From Octopus sinensis (lineage: Eukaryota): 64,000 nt of DNA. The DNA is taken from assembly GCF_006345805.1 (NCBI RefSeq), contig NC_043004.1:96348001-96412000 (forward strand), read 5' to 3'. The notes under the pieces are model-generated. The model saw only the letters and a program-made list of their open reading frames with translations, did not search any database and had not been told where the DNA came from. Below are positions 26,531 through 38,247 of the stretch, piece by piece. The translations under genes were made by a program, and so were the position numbers. Every line of letters begins with the position of its first letter. Position 1 is the stretch's first letter.

Positions 26531-26933
26531 GGCGGCCGGAGTGGCCTGTGTGGTAAGTAGCTTGTTTCCAATCACATGGTTCCGGGTTCAGTTCCACTGC
26601 ATGGCACTTTGGGCAAGTGTCTTCTTACTACTATAGCCTCGGGCCGACCAAAGCCTTGTGAGTGGATTTGGCAGACGGAAACTGAAAGAAGCCCGTCGTA
26701 TATATGTATCTATTATATATATATGCGTGTGTGTGTTTGTCCCCCTAGCATTGCTTGACAACCGATGCTGGTGTGTTTGCGTCCCCGTCACTTAACAGTT
26801 CAGCAAAAGAAACCGATAGAATAAGTACTGGGCTTACAAAAGAATAAGTCCTGGGGTCGAGTTGGTCGATTAAAGGTGGTGCTCCAGCATGGCCGCAGTC
26901 AAATGACTGAAACAAGTAAAAGAGTAAAAGAGT
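26531..26933 (+). mobile_element. SINE family A
   Basis: Full-length copy. Confidence 0.9.
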
Positions 26934-27435
26934 ATATATATGTATAGAATCTAGAGTGCATATACATATTCAAAAATACACACACACACACACATATATA
27001 TATATATGTAGTGAAGTAGCCCTATATATATTCAAAACGCATACACACCACAGCTATTTGGAAACCAAAATGGTTATTCAAATAGCTCACTCACACATGA
27101 ACATATACATATGCACACAACTTTGAACCTATATGCTTATTCAAAAGCACATGCGTATATATATATATATATATATTATATATACACATATGCAGATAAA
27201 ATAATCTGTCAATAATATAATAAAATGCATTTAAATACACTTGCTCACTCATATATATGCACATACACACATACCTTCAAACACTCTCATGTACACATAC
27301 ACGTCAAAGAAATTTTGATAAATCTTTTACTGGAATTGAATCTAGTGCATGGTGTGGGATAAAGAAAGATTTGGCAAAAAAAAAAGGATAAAAAAGAAAA
27401 GAAGTAAAAAAAACAAACAAACAAGAAATACCTAC

Positions 27436-27505
27436 CTGCCTTTCTATTTTGGTGATTAAATGAAGAATAATCCTTCTGGAATTCTTTGGGCATTTGTTAA
27501 ATGTT
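27436..27505 (-). CDS. Candidate internal exon (70 nt), product unknown
   Basis: Acceptor TCCTGGTAATTGCAG| and donor CAG|GTAGGT; one frame is open end to end, TFNKCPKNSRRIILHLITKIERQ. Confidence 0.25.
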
Positions 27506-28029
27506 CTGCAATTACCAGGAAATAAATGTGACTTTGCTATTCAAGTGGCAGGCAAAGGAACCGTACCCTTTTGTTGAAGGTTCTCTGCTAAGGGCTTGTG
27601 TGCCATTCATAGTATGAATATATTCATAATTGCTCCCTCAAATGGACATCTGTGTGTATGCATGCATATATATTCATATGGTCATATCTTTATGTGTATA
27701 TATGTATGTGTGTCTGTGATTATGTGCATAATTACTGTGTGCTTCTAAGTGTATATACTTAGTACACCAAGATCATAATCTTAAGCATCTGGTGCACATT
27801 GATGTTTACACACACACACGCACACACACACACACATACACACACACACACGCACACATGCACACATGCACAAATTCATGGATGTACAAAATCAGGATAG
27901 CTCTACAGGCAGTACAATTTGCTAGGATAAAGAGAAAAATGCCAAGTCAAAGATGTGTAGTTCAATGTCTGCTGATAAGTATGTTGGAATTTTCCTTTGA
28001 AAATTAATTACCAATAATTTTTAATTGTT

Positions 28030-28429
28030 TACTGTTTACTGTTTACTGTTTTACTTGTTTCAGTCATTTGACTGCGGCCATGCTGGAGCACCGCCTTTAG
28101 TCGAGCAAATCGACCCCGGGACTTATTCTTTGTAAGCCCAGTACTTATTCTATCGGTCTCTTTTGCCGAACCGCTAAGTGATGGGGACGTAAACACACCA
28201 GCATCGGTTGTCAAGCAATGCTAGGGGGGCAAACACAGACACACAAACACATACATATACATAAACGACAGGCTTCTTTCAGTTTCCGTCTACCAAATCC
28301 ACTCACAAAGCATTGGTCGGCCCAGGGCTATAGCAGAAGACACTTGCCCAAGATGCCATGCAGTGGGACTGAACCCGGAACCATGTGGTTGGTTAGCAAG
28401 CTACTTACCACACAGCCACTCCTGCGCCT
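28030..28429 (-). mobile_element. SINE family A
   Basis: Full-length reverse-complement copy. Confidence 0.9.
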
Positions 28430-28518
28430 AATTAATATTGTTTATAAACATTATATGTAATACGTATGTATGTATGTATGTATGTATGTATGTATGTATC
28501 TATCTATCTATCTATTTA

Positions 28519-28556
<38 letters not shown>

Positions 28557-28964
28557 AACATATACATCTGATTTCTGATGACTTTCTGAAGAGTATCTAC
28601 AAGCTTATCTGATATACTAGTTGGGTAATTTCTCTCTAGTGTATTCCCATTTACCTTCTTTGGAGATACATACATACATACATACATAAGTACATATGTA
28701 CATACATAAAGACTGTGATGCAGAATTTGCGGAGTTAACAGGAAAGGTATCAACCACATAATAAGCAGTTATCTGAAAATATTGTCACATTATTATCTGC
28801 CAACAACTCACGATGTTGCAACAAAGACACTGTACAATGGGATCCATTGGAATGAGAAGATTATTTTGAGATGTTCTGAGTTTCTTTCAATTACTTTAAA
28901 TCAAAATGAAAATCAAAATCGAAATCGAAATCGAAATCTCTCAACATCAATGGAAATTGTAGCT

Positions 28965-29302
28965 GAGATACCAGTGCCGGTGGAACGTGAGAGAACCGTC
29001 CGAATGTGGCCGCTGCCAGCCCCGCCCCGACTGCCCCCCCCCCCTGCCGGTGGCACGTAAAAAGCACTATCTGATCATGGCCGTTTGCCAGCCTCGTCTG
29101 GCACCTGTGCAGGTGGCACATAAAAAGCACCAACTACACTCTCGGAGTGGTTGGCGTTAGGAAGAGCATCCAGCTGTAGAAACACTGCCAGATCAGACTG
29201 GGCCTGGCGCAGCCTCCTGGCTTACCAGACCCCAGTTGAACCGTCCAACCCATGCTAGCATGGAAAACGGACGTTAAACGATGATGATGATGATGATGAT
29301 GA
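28965..29302 (+). mobile_element. Family D, longest copy
   Basis: The GGTGGCAC(G/A)TAAAAAGCAC motif is present twice plus a variant; (GAT)n tail. Confidence 0.85.
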
Positions 29303-30113
29303 TAACAAAGAATTTAGTAGAAAACAAGACGTTTGTACTACAGATCCAGAGCCAGATTCAGCTGGGTTGGTAACGAAAGTGTTAATGGGTTAAAAGCACT
29401 ACTTTTATCCTGACGAAAAGATAAATAACAACCTGTTAAATAATATTTCTCAACTTTAAAATGCATCTTTGAATATGCATTAATCCTTACTTCAAAATGA
29501 ATTAGTTTTCAAATATTTCTGGCAATTTTTCATAAACACAAAGTCAATTTATCTTGCGTGCATAATCCTTTATTCTGAAAAGACTTTAACCAAAAACTGC
29601 AACATTTCTCTCTCAATAGACTAAACAATCAAGTTTTCTTGATTGTTTTAAAATCAACTAAAAGTAACTCAGTATTTAACTGGAATACTTCCAGCATGAT
29701 ACTTCACTATTTTCAAATCATTTTCTCTATAATAGAAAATATCATACACTTAAAAATCCACAATATGTGTGCATGCAGTCAAAATCTGTGAGTTGAATCT
29801 TTCAAATAGTCAGCTAAACTATAAAGTGAAGATCAACAAGATGATATTTTTCTCCCTAAATGACAGATTATCTGGCATTGAAATCTGTTTTTTGCTAACA
29901 TGAAATCAGTGAACTGCTTTCATAAACATATGGACACACACACACATTTACATTCACACAAACATACATACATACTTTAATCCATCAATATGGTGTTGAG
30001 CACTTATTCTCATTGTTCGGCATTTATATATATATATATATATATATATGGTGGTGCTATTAAGTTAGACATGGCCTGGGCCAATAATGGCCGAAACCTA
30101 TCAAAGTATCAAA

Positions 30114-30161
<48 letters not shown>

Positions 30162-30254
30162 TATATATATGTATACATATATGTATACTATATGTATACA
30201 TATATGTATACACACACACAGATATGTATACACACACACACACACACAGATATA

Positions 30255-31162
30255 TAGGGTGAGATAGGTAAATTGTTGCGCTATCATATTTTTTATTTCC
30301 CGCATGCACATCGTTTGTTTTTGATTTTGTCAGCTACGTAGTATGGTAGGGTCAGTTGGGCACCATCTATGAGAAAAACAGCACCATAATGTAATTCACT
30401 CCGCCAGAAATTTGGAAACAACATGCTGTATTGCTTGGCATTCATGCCAGAAGCTCAAATATGAACATTGCAGAGAGTTTGGGTGTCAATCTGAGTACAG
30501 TGCAGAAAATTGAGAAAGAGCTAAATGAGTTTAATGGTGATTATGAAGGTACGGTAGCTTAGAAAACCCATTCTGATCATTCTGATAAGAAAAGAACTTC
30601 TGAATTTGTTGGTGAGATCCAGGTCATGACTGACAAACAATCCCCTCCAAGTCAATCAGGTCTATTGCCAGGGACATTGGAGTGTCTGAGTTGCTTATCA
30701 GGCAGGTAGTGCATGAAGACATTTGGTATTCCTCATACAAGATGGAAAACGGCCAATTTTTATACGAAGCCATCAATGACAAGAGGAATGTCTGCACTAT
30801 GAAGCTTTTGAACAACCTCAAGCATCCTCTCCAACCAAGCAGGCTCTGGTTTTTCTCAGACAAGCAAAACTTCTGCCAGGATCAGATGGGAAACACATAG
30901 AACAACCATTGGCTTGTGTGTCCCGAAAACATGTACTGAGGGTGATAAAAATCGAATATCTAGTCAACATCATGGTGTTTGGAGTGATAACTAGTGATGG
31001 CGACGTTATGCCATCATTCATCTTCCCACATGGCCCCACACTCAACACAGAGGCCTACATCAAGTGCCTGGAGGAGGTAGTGCTGCCCTGGGTGAAGAGG
31101 ATGGTTGTTGGAAGACCCTATGCCTGGCAACAGGACTTGGCACCATGTCACACAAGCAAGAG
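30255..31162 (+). mobile_element. Decayed maT/DD37D transposon, 3'-truncated
   Basis: Same family as 23990-24796: [32 protein letters not shown]. It ends abruptly in a (TA)n tract. Confidence 0.8.
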
Positions 31163-31164
31163 AT

Positions 31165-31211
31165 ATATATAATATATATATATATACACATACATATATA
31201 TATATACATAT

Positions 31212-31245
<34 letters not shown>

Positions 31246-31295
31246 AATATATTATATATATATATATATGTATATATGTTTGTATATATATATAT

Positions 31296-31349
<54 letters not shown>

Positions 31350-31376
31350 TATGATATATATATATATTACATGTGT

Positions 31377-31408
<32 letters not shown>

Positions 31409-31500
31409 TATATATGTATATATATGTATATGTATATATATATAGTATATGTATGTATATATATATATATAGTATATGTATGTGTGCATATATATATGAG
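31165..31500. repeat. (TA)n-based tract
   Basis: Direct inspection. Confidence 0.95.
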
Positions 31501-32240
31501 TATATGAGTGTGCGTGTGTATATATGCATATGTTTATGACAAGAATAACTACAGAAACTCTTCTAACAGAAACAGCAAATCTAAATTAAAAAAAAAAAAC
31601 TGATGCATCACATGTAAAATATAACATAATATTATGAAATCAACCAGGCTTTATTTTATAGACTGTTATTCAATTTTAAAATTCAGCACCGGGAATTTTG
31701 ATATCTGATTTAAAATTACTGCCGAATCCCTTTGTGAATTGCTGCAATTTACACACCGACTAAATGCTACTGCAGCAGTTTAATTTGAAAACCAAGCATA
31801 AGAAACTAGGAAAGAAATATGCCGAATCCTTAATCTAAAAAATCAAAATTGAACAGTCATGCTTTGAAAATAAAATTTGAGAGGAAACTTGTTCTCTGTT
31901 TTTTTTTTTTTTTGTAAATATGTTTATGGTTTACGCAGCTATGTTCTTGAATCCTGCAGATGATGTCACAACTTTCTCTACTTCCTTCTATATTCTCTCC
32001 CCACTCCCCCTCCTCCCGTATATATACATATACGTATATATGTATATATATATACATATATATGTAATATATGTAAATATAATATATATGGTTATCAATT
32101 TGAGTTGCAAGACTCTTGATGTAAAAGCATGTGTTGAAACCAATATTGTTGTATTTCAGGATCGCCATTTTTTCCCCCATATATATACACATGTACTATA
32201 TACTTTTTCTTCACTCGTTTATTATTTTAACTTATGTCCA

Positions 32241-32287
32241 TTGTCCAAAAATCTTTCGTCACACATCTGTGACCTCTTCAGTGACAC
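32241..32287 (-). ncRNA. Minimal type I hammerhead-like motif
   Basis: ugucA-CUGAAGA-G-GUCACA(GAUG)UGUGAC-GAAA-GAUUUUU-Ggaca; perfect 6-bp stem II. Confidence 0.6.
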
Positions 32288-32299
32288 TTTTCTTTTCTA

Positions 32300-32344
32300 T
32301 GTCGCTGAAGAGCTCACAGATGTGTGACGAAAGATTTTCGGACA
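32300..32344 (+). ncRNA. Minimal type I hammerhead-like motif
   Basis: ugucG-CUGAAGA-GCUCACA(GAUG)UGUGAC-GAAA-GAUU-UUC-Ggaca; UUC triplet at 32337-32339. Confidence 0.6.
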
Positions 32345-32464
32345 ATGGACATGAGTTAGAATAATAAAATAAGAACAGTAATAAGTGAATGAAGAAAAAA
32401 TATATAGTACATATGTAAATATGGGGGGAAAAAAAGAATGACCATCTCGAAATGCAACAATATA

Positions 32465-32502
<38 letters not shown>

Positions 32503-32786
32503 CTGTTGTGTCTAGGGAGAGTCATTTTCTTTTTCTGCCTTATAATGTAACACGCTCACTGATAAAATTTCCACTTATTTCTTATTTTTATTTTCCTAAA
32601 ATTTTTGTTGCGTCTTGCAACCTTCTCAATAGTCTTGACTCTCTTGAGAGTCAAAACTATTGAAAAGGTTGCAAGACGCAACGAATATTTTAGGAAAATA
32701 AAAATAAGAAACAAGTGGAAATTTGACCGGTGAGTGTGTTACATTATAAGGTACAAAAAGAAAATGATTCTCCCCAGACACAACAG
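32503..32786. repeat. Fold-back palindrome P2 (homologous to P1)
   Basis: Centre TTGACTCTC-TT-GAGAGTCAA (TT at 32644-32645); arms of about 140 bp, imperfect. Confidence 0.85.
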
Positions 32787-32874
32787 AATATGCTTCAACA
32801 CACGAACTCATATAAAGAATCTTGCAAACCAAATCCCAAAACGAAATATATATGTATGTATATGTATGTATATG

Positions 32875-32907
<33 letters not shown>

Positions 32908-32958
32908 GCATATATATATATATATATATATGCATATATATATATATATATATATATA

Positions 32959-32999
<41 letters not shown>

Positions 33000-33009
33000 A
33001 CATATATAT

Positions 33010-33271
33010 ATATTAGTTATCGCCATACTAATATGGCATTTTTATAAAAATAAGAATAAAGCTGTCCGCTTATTAGCTCCATGAGGCCATCGCCTTAAGT
33101 TAGCTATTTGATACACAAACTGTATCCATATAACCTTTGAACAAAGGTTATATGGATACAGTTTGTGTATCAAATAGCTAACTTAAGGCGATGGCCTCAT
33201 GGAGCTAATAAGCGGACAGCTTTATTCTTATTTTTATAAGAATGCCATATTAGTATGGCGATAACTAATAT
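33010..33271. repeat. Near-perfect palindrome P3
   Basis: 130-bp arms, 2-nt centre (33140-33141), one mismatch seen. Confidence 0.95.
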
Positions 33272-33559
33272 TTTCCGGGAACGCTGCCGTTGTTCTCTTT
33301 TAGAGAGACTTAGTAATTTTAATATTTCTATTATATATATATTTATATACATATATTTATAAATATATACATACATACATATATATACATACATAAACAT
33401 CAGTCCAAGTGCATATAACCAATTTGGTAATAAAATATAGATGGCTAGCTAGATAGATCATCTAAACTTTCAAAATAAGATAAAAAGAGACAATGATGGT
33501 CCTTTGGAGGGCACACGTCCTCAACCTCTTGGACTACTGCTACCAAATATGGTCACCAC

Positions 33560-33676
33560 AGTCAGCAGTGCTGAACTGCTAAGTTACGAGGACACAAACA
33601 CATTAACATCAGTTATCAAGCGATGTTCGGGGGACCAAACACAGACATGCACACACACACACGTAAATATATACAT

Positions 33677-33712
<36 letters not shown>

Positions 33713-33863
33713 GCGCAACGGAGTTTCCATCAACCAAATCCACTCACAAAGCTTTGGTTGGCCTGAGGCTATAGTAGAAAACACTTGCCCAAGATGCCAT
33801 GCAGTGGGACTGAACCTGAAACTATGCAGAAGTAAGCTTCTTATCACACTGCCACACCTGTAC
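33560..33863 (-). mobile_element. SINE family A, diverged
   Basis: Partial reverse-complement copy. Confidence 0.7.
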
Positions 33864-33883
33864 CTATATATATATATGTGTGT

Positions 33884-33918
<35 letters not shown>

Positions 33919-34916
33919 ATATATTATACTTATATACATTGTTTATAATATAGTATATATATATGTGTGTGTGTGTGTGTCTACATATACAGATATATAC
34001 ATATATTTACACACACTAACACACACATAAATATATCTATATGAATATATGTTTGAATGTATGTATTTATTTAAATATCTGTCTAGGAAATTAGAAAATA
34101 TCTTTAGTCTTATTTTTGATAAATATATTTTCAAATTAGTTTCCAAATCATTTTTGAAAATAATCAAGAATTTGGAAGGATTTAGTAAAATAAAATAACT
34201 TTGTTGTAATTAAGCTAGTGTTTGGAACATGAATTACCAAAATGCTTTTACATAAAATTACAATATATATTTGCAGGTTAAAAAAAAAAAATAAACATTT
34301 TAAAATGGTTTGCTTTTTGTAACTTAGAACCAGAATTGGTTTGATAATCAATAAGGATAACTCATATTTATCTAATTACCTACATAATATTTCATGCTCG
34401 TTAATATTAACAGGCTGTATTTTCTTGATTAACATATACATGCTATAATATAATATAGAAAATATTCAGTTTAGTTAAGAAGTATATATTATAGTATATC
34501 ATGTGTATGTTATAAACAAAAAAAAATATATAACCAAATTCTAATAGCTTACATGCATGTTATAATGCAACATGTATATGCTATTAACTTATTAGAATAT
34601 TATGAGTCAAGTCAACATGTGAATTGTACATGCTGTGTTGCTTTTGTTTACTCTGTCAATGTCCATAAGGTGTATTTATCACTCTTTCATTGTTTGACCA
34701 CTGTATTTTTACATTCAACATTTCTAAGATATATTTATCTAGAAGCCATTAATAAATTGTATCTACCTGATCTGTATGTGAATGCTGTGATAAACTCTAC
34801 CCAAATCACTCTCTTCTGACGTTAGAACATTCAGGAATTCCATTCTCGCACATGTTTTCTGCTAAATCCCTAACAATGCAGTATGTCCAAACAGTAATCA
34901 AATTAATTTAATTAAG

Positions 34917-34976
34917 TTATCTCGATTCTCCAGTCAATAAAGGCCTATCATCTACAACATTGTTTCTTCCTTCAGG
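34917..34976 (-). CDS. Candidate terminal exon with an acidic dileucine motif
   Basis: Acceptor TGTTAGCTTTTAG|CCT; translates to PEGRNNVVDDRPLLTGESR*. Confidence 0.2.
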   Translation of the reverse strand, partial: PEGRNNVVDDRPLLTGESR

Positions 34977-35235
34977 CTAAAAGCTAACATTTATTTAAGC
35001 TATAAACATTTACATCAGAAACAAGAATATCTCATATATCATGAGCATATTTCCATATAGTTGTCACCTGGTTCGTTGACATGGTTGCTAAATATTTCTG
35101 TAAACATACTCCAGTCTCTTTTTAAGATGTGGATATCGCAGTGACAATTAAAGATTGTTTAAATATAAAATGCCCATGGCTTGAACTCTGATCAAACAAT
35201 ACATTTTTATCTACTTTTCATCATCAACATCATCA

Positions 35236-35464
35236 TTTCTTTATTACCCACAAGGGGCTAAACATAGAGGGGACAAACAAGGACAGACATAGGTATTAAG
35301 TCGATTACATCGACCTCAGTGCGTAACTGGTACTTGATTTATCGACCCCGAAAGGATGAAAGGCAAAGTCGACCTTGGCGGAATTTGATCTCAGAACATA
35401 ACGGCAGGCGAAATGTAGGAAAGCATATCGCCCGGCGTGCTAACGTTTCTGTCAGCTCGCCGCC
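35236..35464 (-). mobile_element. SINE family B
   Basis: Reverse-complement copy abutting the PLE remnant. Confidence 0.85.
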
Positions 35465-36440
35465 TCAAGTACCGTCGTCCTTCAGGTTCCACACGTAGAT
35501 GGCCAAGGACGAGGCATAACGTCTCTTCAGGATCCTAAACGAGGATTTGTGGTTGGAAAGGTACTGCTTGATGGTGTTTCCAGAACATTCGATGTATTTT
35601 CGCATGCTGCTGTTAGCGTTGCTGCTTCTGCTGGTGTTGAAGCTACTTCTTCTGTTGTTGTTGTTGTTGTTGGTGCTGGCGTCGTTATTGCAGTTGGAGT
35701 TAGCGTTAGCGCTGCTGTTGCTGTCGGTTTTCGTGAGTGTTGACGCTGCTATATTCATTGTTGTTGTTGTAGTTGGAGCTGTTATCGGTGCTATACTGGT
35801 GGTTGTTGTTGTTATCCTTATTAGCATTTTCATTAGTGATGGTGCTGCTGCTATTTTTGCTAAAGTTGCTGCCATTCTTGCTACTGCCGTAGTTGTTAGA
35901 AAAGCTTCTGCCACTATTAGGGTAATCCTACCTCCGCTCGTGGCCTAGGGGTGTTAACTAAAACACCCTTAATATTTGGGGCGCAGCCAAAAGAGACTAT
36001 TAGGTTGTCTGATGAATATACATCCTAACCTACGTGAATGTGTAAAGTGCTTATCTATCAGCTTTAGGAATATCTTACCTGTACACGTTTTTACGTTGAG
36101 GGAGAAGGTGGCAAACCAGATAATATTTCGGCGTCGCTTTCTTCTACGGTTGTTAGGGCCCGGTATGTAGGCGGTGGGGTCCCTACTTAACCCGCTGGCA
36201 GCTAGGGCTTTGTTTAAAGTAGAGGGCTGTTGCATCGAAAATGGCTTGGCTGGAGGACAAAATCGAGATCCTCTTACTAACATCCTTCACCAGGATTCTG
36301 AACACGTTTTGTGGGTGGCAGGAGGCAGTGTTGCTCGAAATAGGGAGTAGATAGCCGAAAACTGATGAAGGGTCGTTCTTTGCATTCTTTGTATTACTTG
36401 TCTTGTTCTCCATTTTTTCTCTCGTTATTTGCATATTAAA
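35465..36440 (-). mobile_element. Penelope-like retroelement remnant (RT thumb/linker to GIY-YIG)
   Basis: SCHPQNVFR...KRISILSSSQAIF, RRNIIWFATFSLNVKTCTGKIFLKLIDKHF, SFGCAPNIK, KYIECSGNTIKQYLSNHKSSF...SLAIYVWNLKD; frameshifted. Confidence 0.9.
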
Positions 36441-37869
36441 CTCATTTGTTTCCGTATTTCATGCCGTTTACTGTTGGCGACGTGCTGTACGCATATAAGC
36501 ATATATATATATATGTATAGGTACATTCTTTGTCTTGCGTAAAAGCAGCAACCTAAAATCGAAAACTCAGTCATATGGATTTGTTGAACTTTGCTAGCAT
36601 GGAATATTGTAATGAAATGAACAAATAATATAAAACAGGATTCCAGAGTGTTAAATGTAGTTTCAGATTAGAAGGAAATGAAACCCGACTTATTTAAGCA
36701 ATGAAAATGCAATATGTTGGTAAAATACAATAAGCCTTTTAAAATTTTATTATGCGTCTGTCTGAACGAAACTGATTAGGGTTAGCCAAACCTTGTAATT
36801 TTTAATAATATTTTAGTCTTGGCAATTTAGTTTCGTTTATTCACTTTTAACCTCACGTTATTTTACCTATGAAGTACCACGTTCTCTTACAAGCTCAATA
36901 CGTTCAGTAAACCAAAATATCTGTATTTCTGCATCACTAAATGAAATATCCTGTGTCATGTGATTTGTTAAAATCCATTTAAAGAATCTCAGCAGCATAT
37001 TTTGGAATATTTCATCCATTTTCTCTCATAGATTACAAACTGAATTTTACTATAATGAAATCAGCAGCATACATACTCCCTGTCTGTATTTCTAAAATGA
37101 ACAATTATTAAATTTATATAAACTAGTCAGCTGGTGAATTTAATCCACTGTATTTTGATCTACACAATACTTCAGTTGCTACAGTGTATAATCAATATCA
37201 TGCACCAAAGTCGTCTGTCTGAAGTTTAAACTTCAATGTTGTTACTTAGTGATTCAAGTTTCTCTGTAAAGTTAACACGAGATGTTACATGAAGATCACT
37301 GGCAAGCAGAAACTCAGAACTGTTGTAAATTTTTGTTCAACTTTTCAGCTTGATGTATGTCTTATTGTCAAAGCAATACATTGTTTATTGTTGCTTGTTC
37401 AAGGAAATTATAGAAAACATGTAGAAGAAACCACAATGAAAAGTTAAATCTCGAAATGGAGATACATTCAAAGTAACACACATGCACACACAATTGGTTT
37501 TTATTCATTTTGTTGCGCCAAAACATAAAAGTACTCAAGACAGTCGTATTTCAGAGGTGCATAGGGCTGATACATCTTAAATATGTTAGGTAAACATGGT
37601 TAAATATTTAGCTAATTCTTCGTTTAATTATCTTCTCACTCAAGTGCAAACATCAATGGAATTTTGTACTTCAGAGTTAATGAAACAGTGGTTACAATAT
37701 GTAATCATGTTTACATTCCATGTGGCAAATATATACACACACACATACGTATGTATGCAGGCATATATGTATGTATTTATGTATGTATGTATATATATAT
37801 ATATATTATATATATATATATATGTATATATATGTATACATACACACACACACATATACATATATATAT

Positions 37870-37905
<36 letters not shown>

Positions 37906-38048
37906 TCAAATGTATATATACATATATATATACACACTAATATATATATGTATATGCATATATTGACATATAAATACACAGTTACACGCGCGCGTATCAC
38001 TAGTAGTTCCTGATTCAAAGAAACTAATTTCCAGACATAGTTCACAAC

Positions 38049-38210
38049 TGTAAAGCGTCTTATAGTGTTAACTACGATATTCTCGATTCAGCGTATGTTA
38101 TTCAAAATGGCCGCTGTCCCTCTGATCATCAAATGCGCATGCCCTTTATATCAAGGGAAGTCACTCTATTCACAGCACAATTTGCATAACATTAATTTTC
38201 ATAATATTCA
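38049..38210 (-). mobile_element. Putative 3' LTR (partial) of the Gypsy element
   Basis: On the minus strand the polypurine tract GAGAAGGGAG (38220-38211) is directly followed by TGAATATT; a CA end is possible at 38049. Confidence 0.5.
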
Positions 38211-38247
38211 CTCCCTTCTCAAAAAATTTAAAACATTAAAACAATTT

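Larger units (their letters stand above)
32143..32463. repeat. Fold-back palindrome P1 with two outward-facing hammerhead-like motifs
   Basis: Arms 32143-32287 and 32299-32463 are reverse complements (imperfect, with indels). Confidence 0.85.

Noticed and set aside
30070-30100. GGCC-AATAAT-GGCC-GAAAC hairpin resembling hammerhead stem II
   Set aside because: Only CCTG precedes it; the ANGA part of the core and a stem I/UH site are missing. At most a broken remnant.
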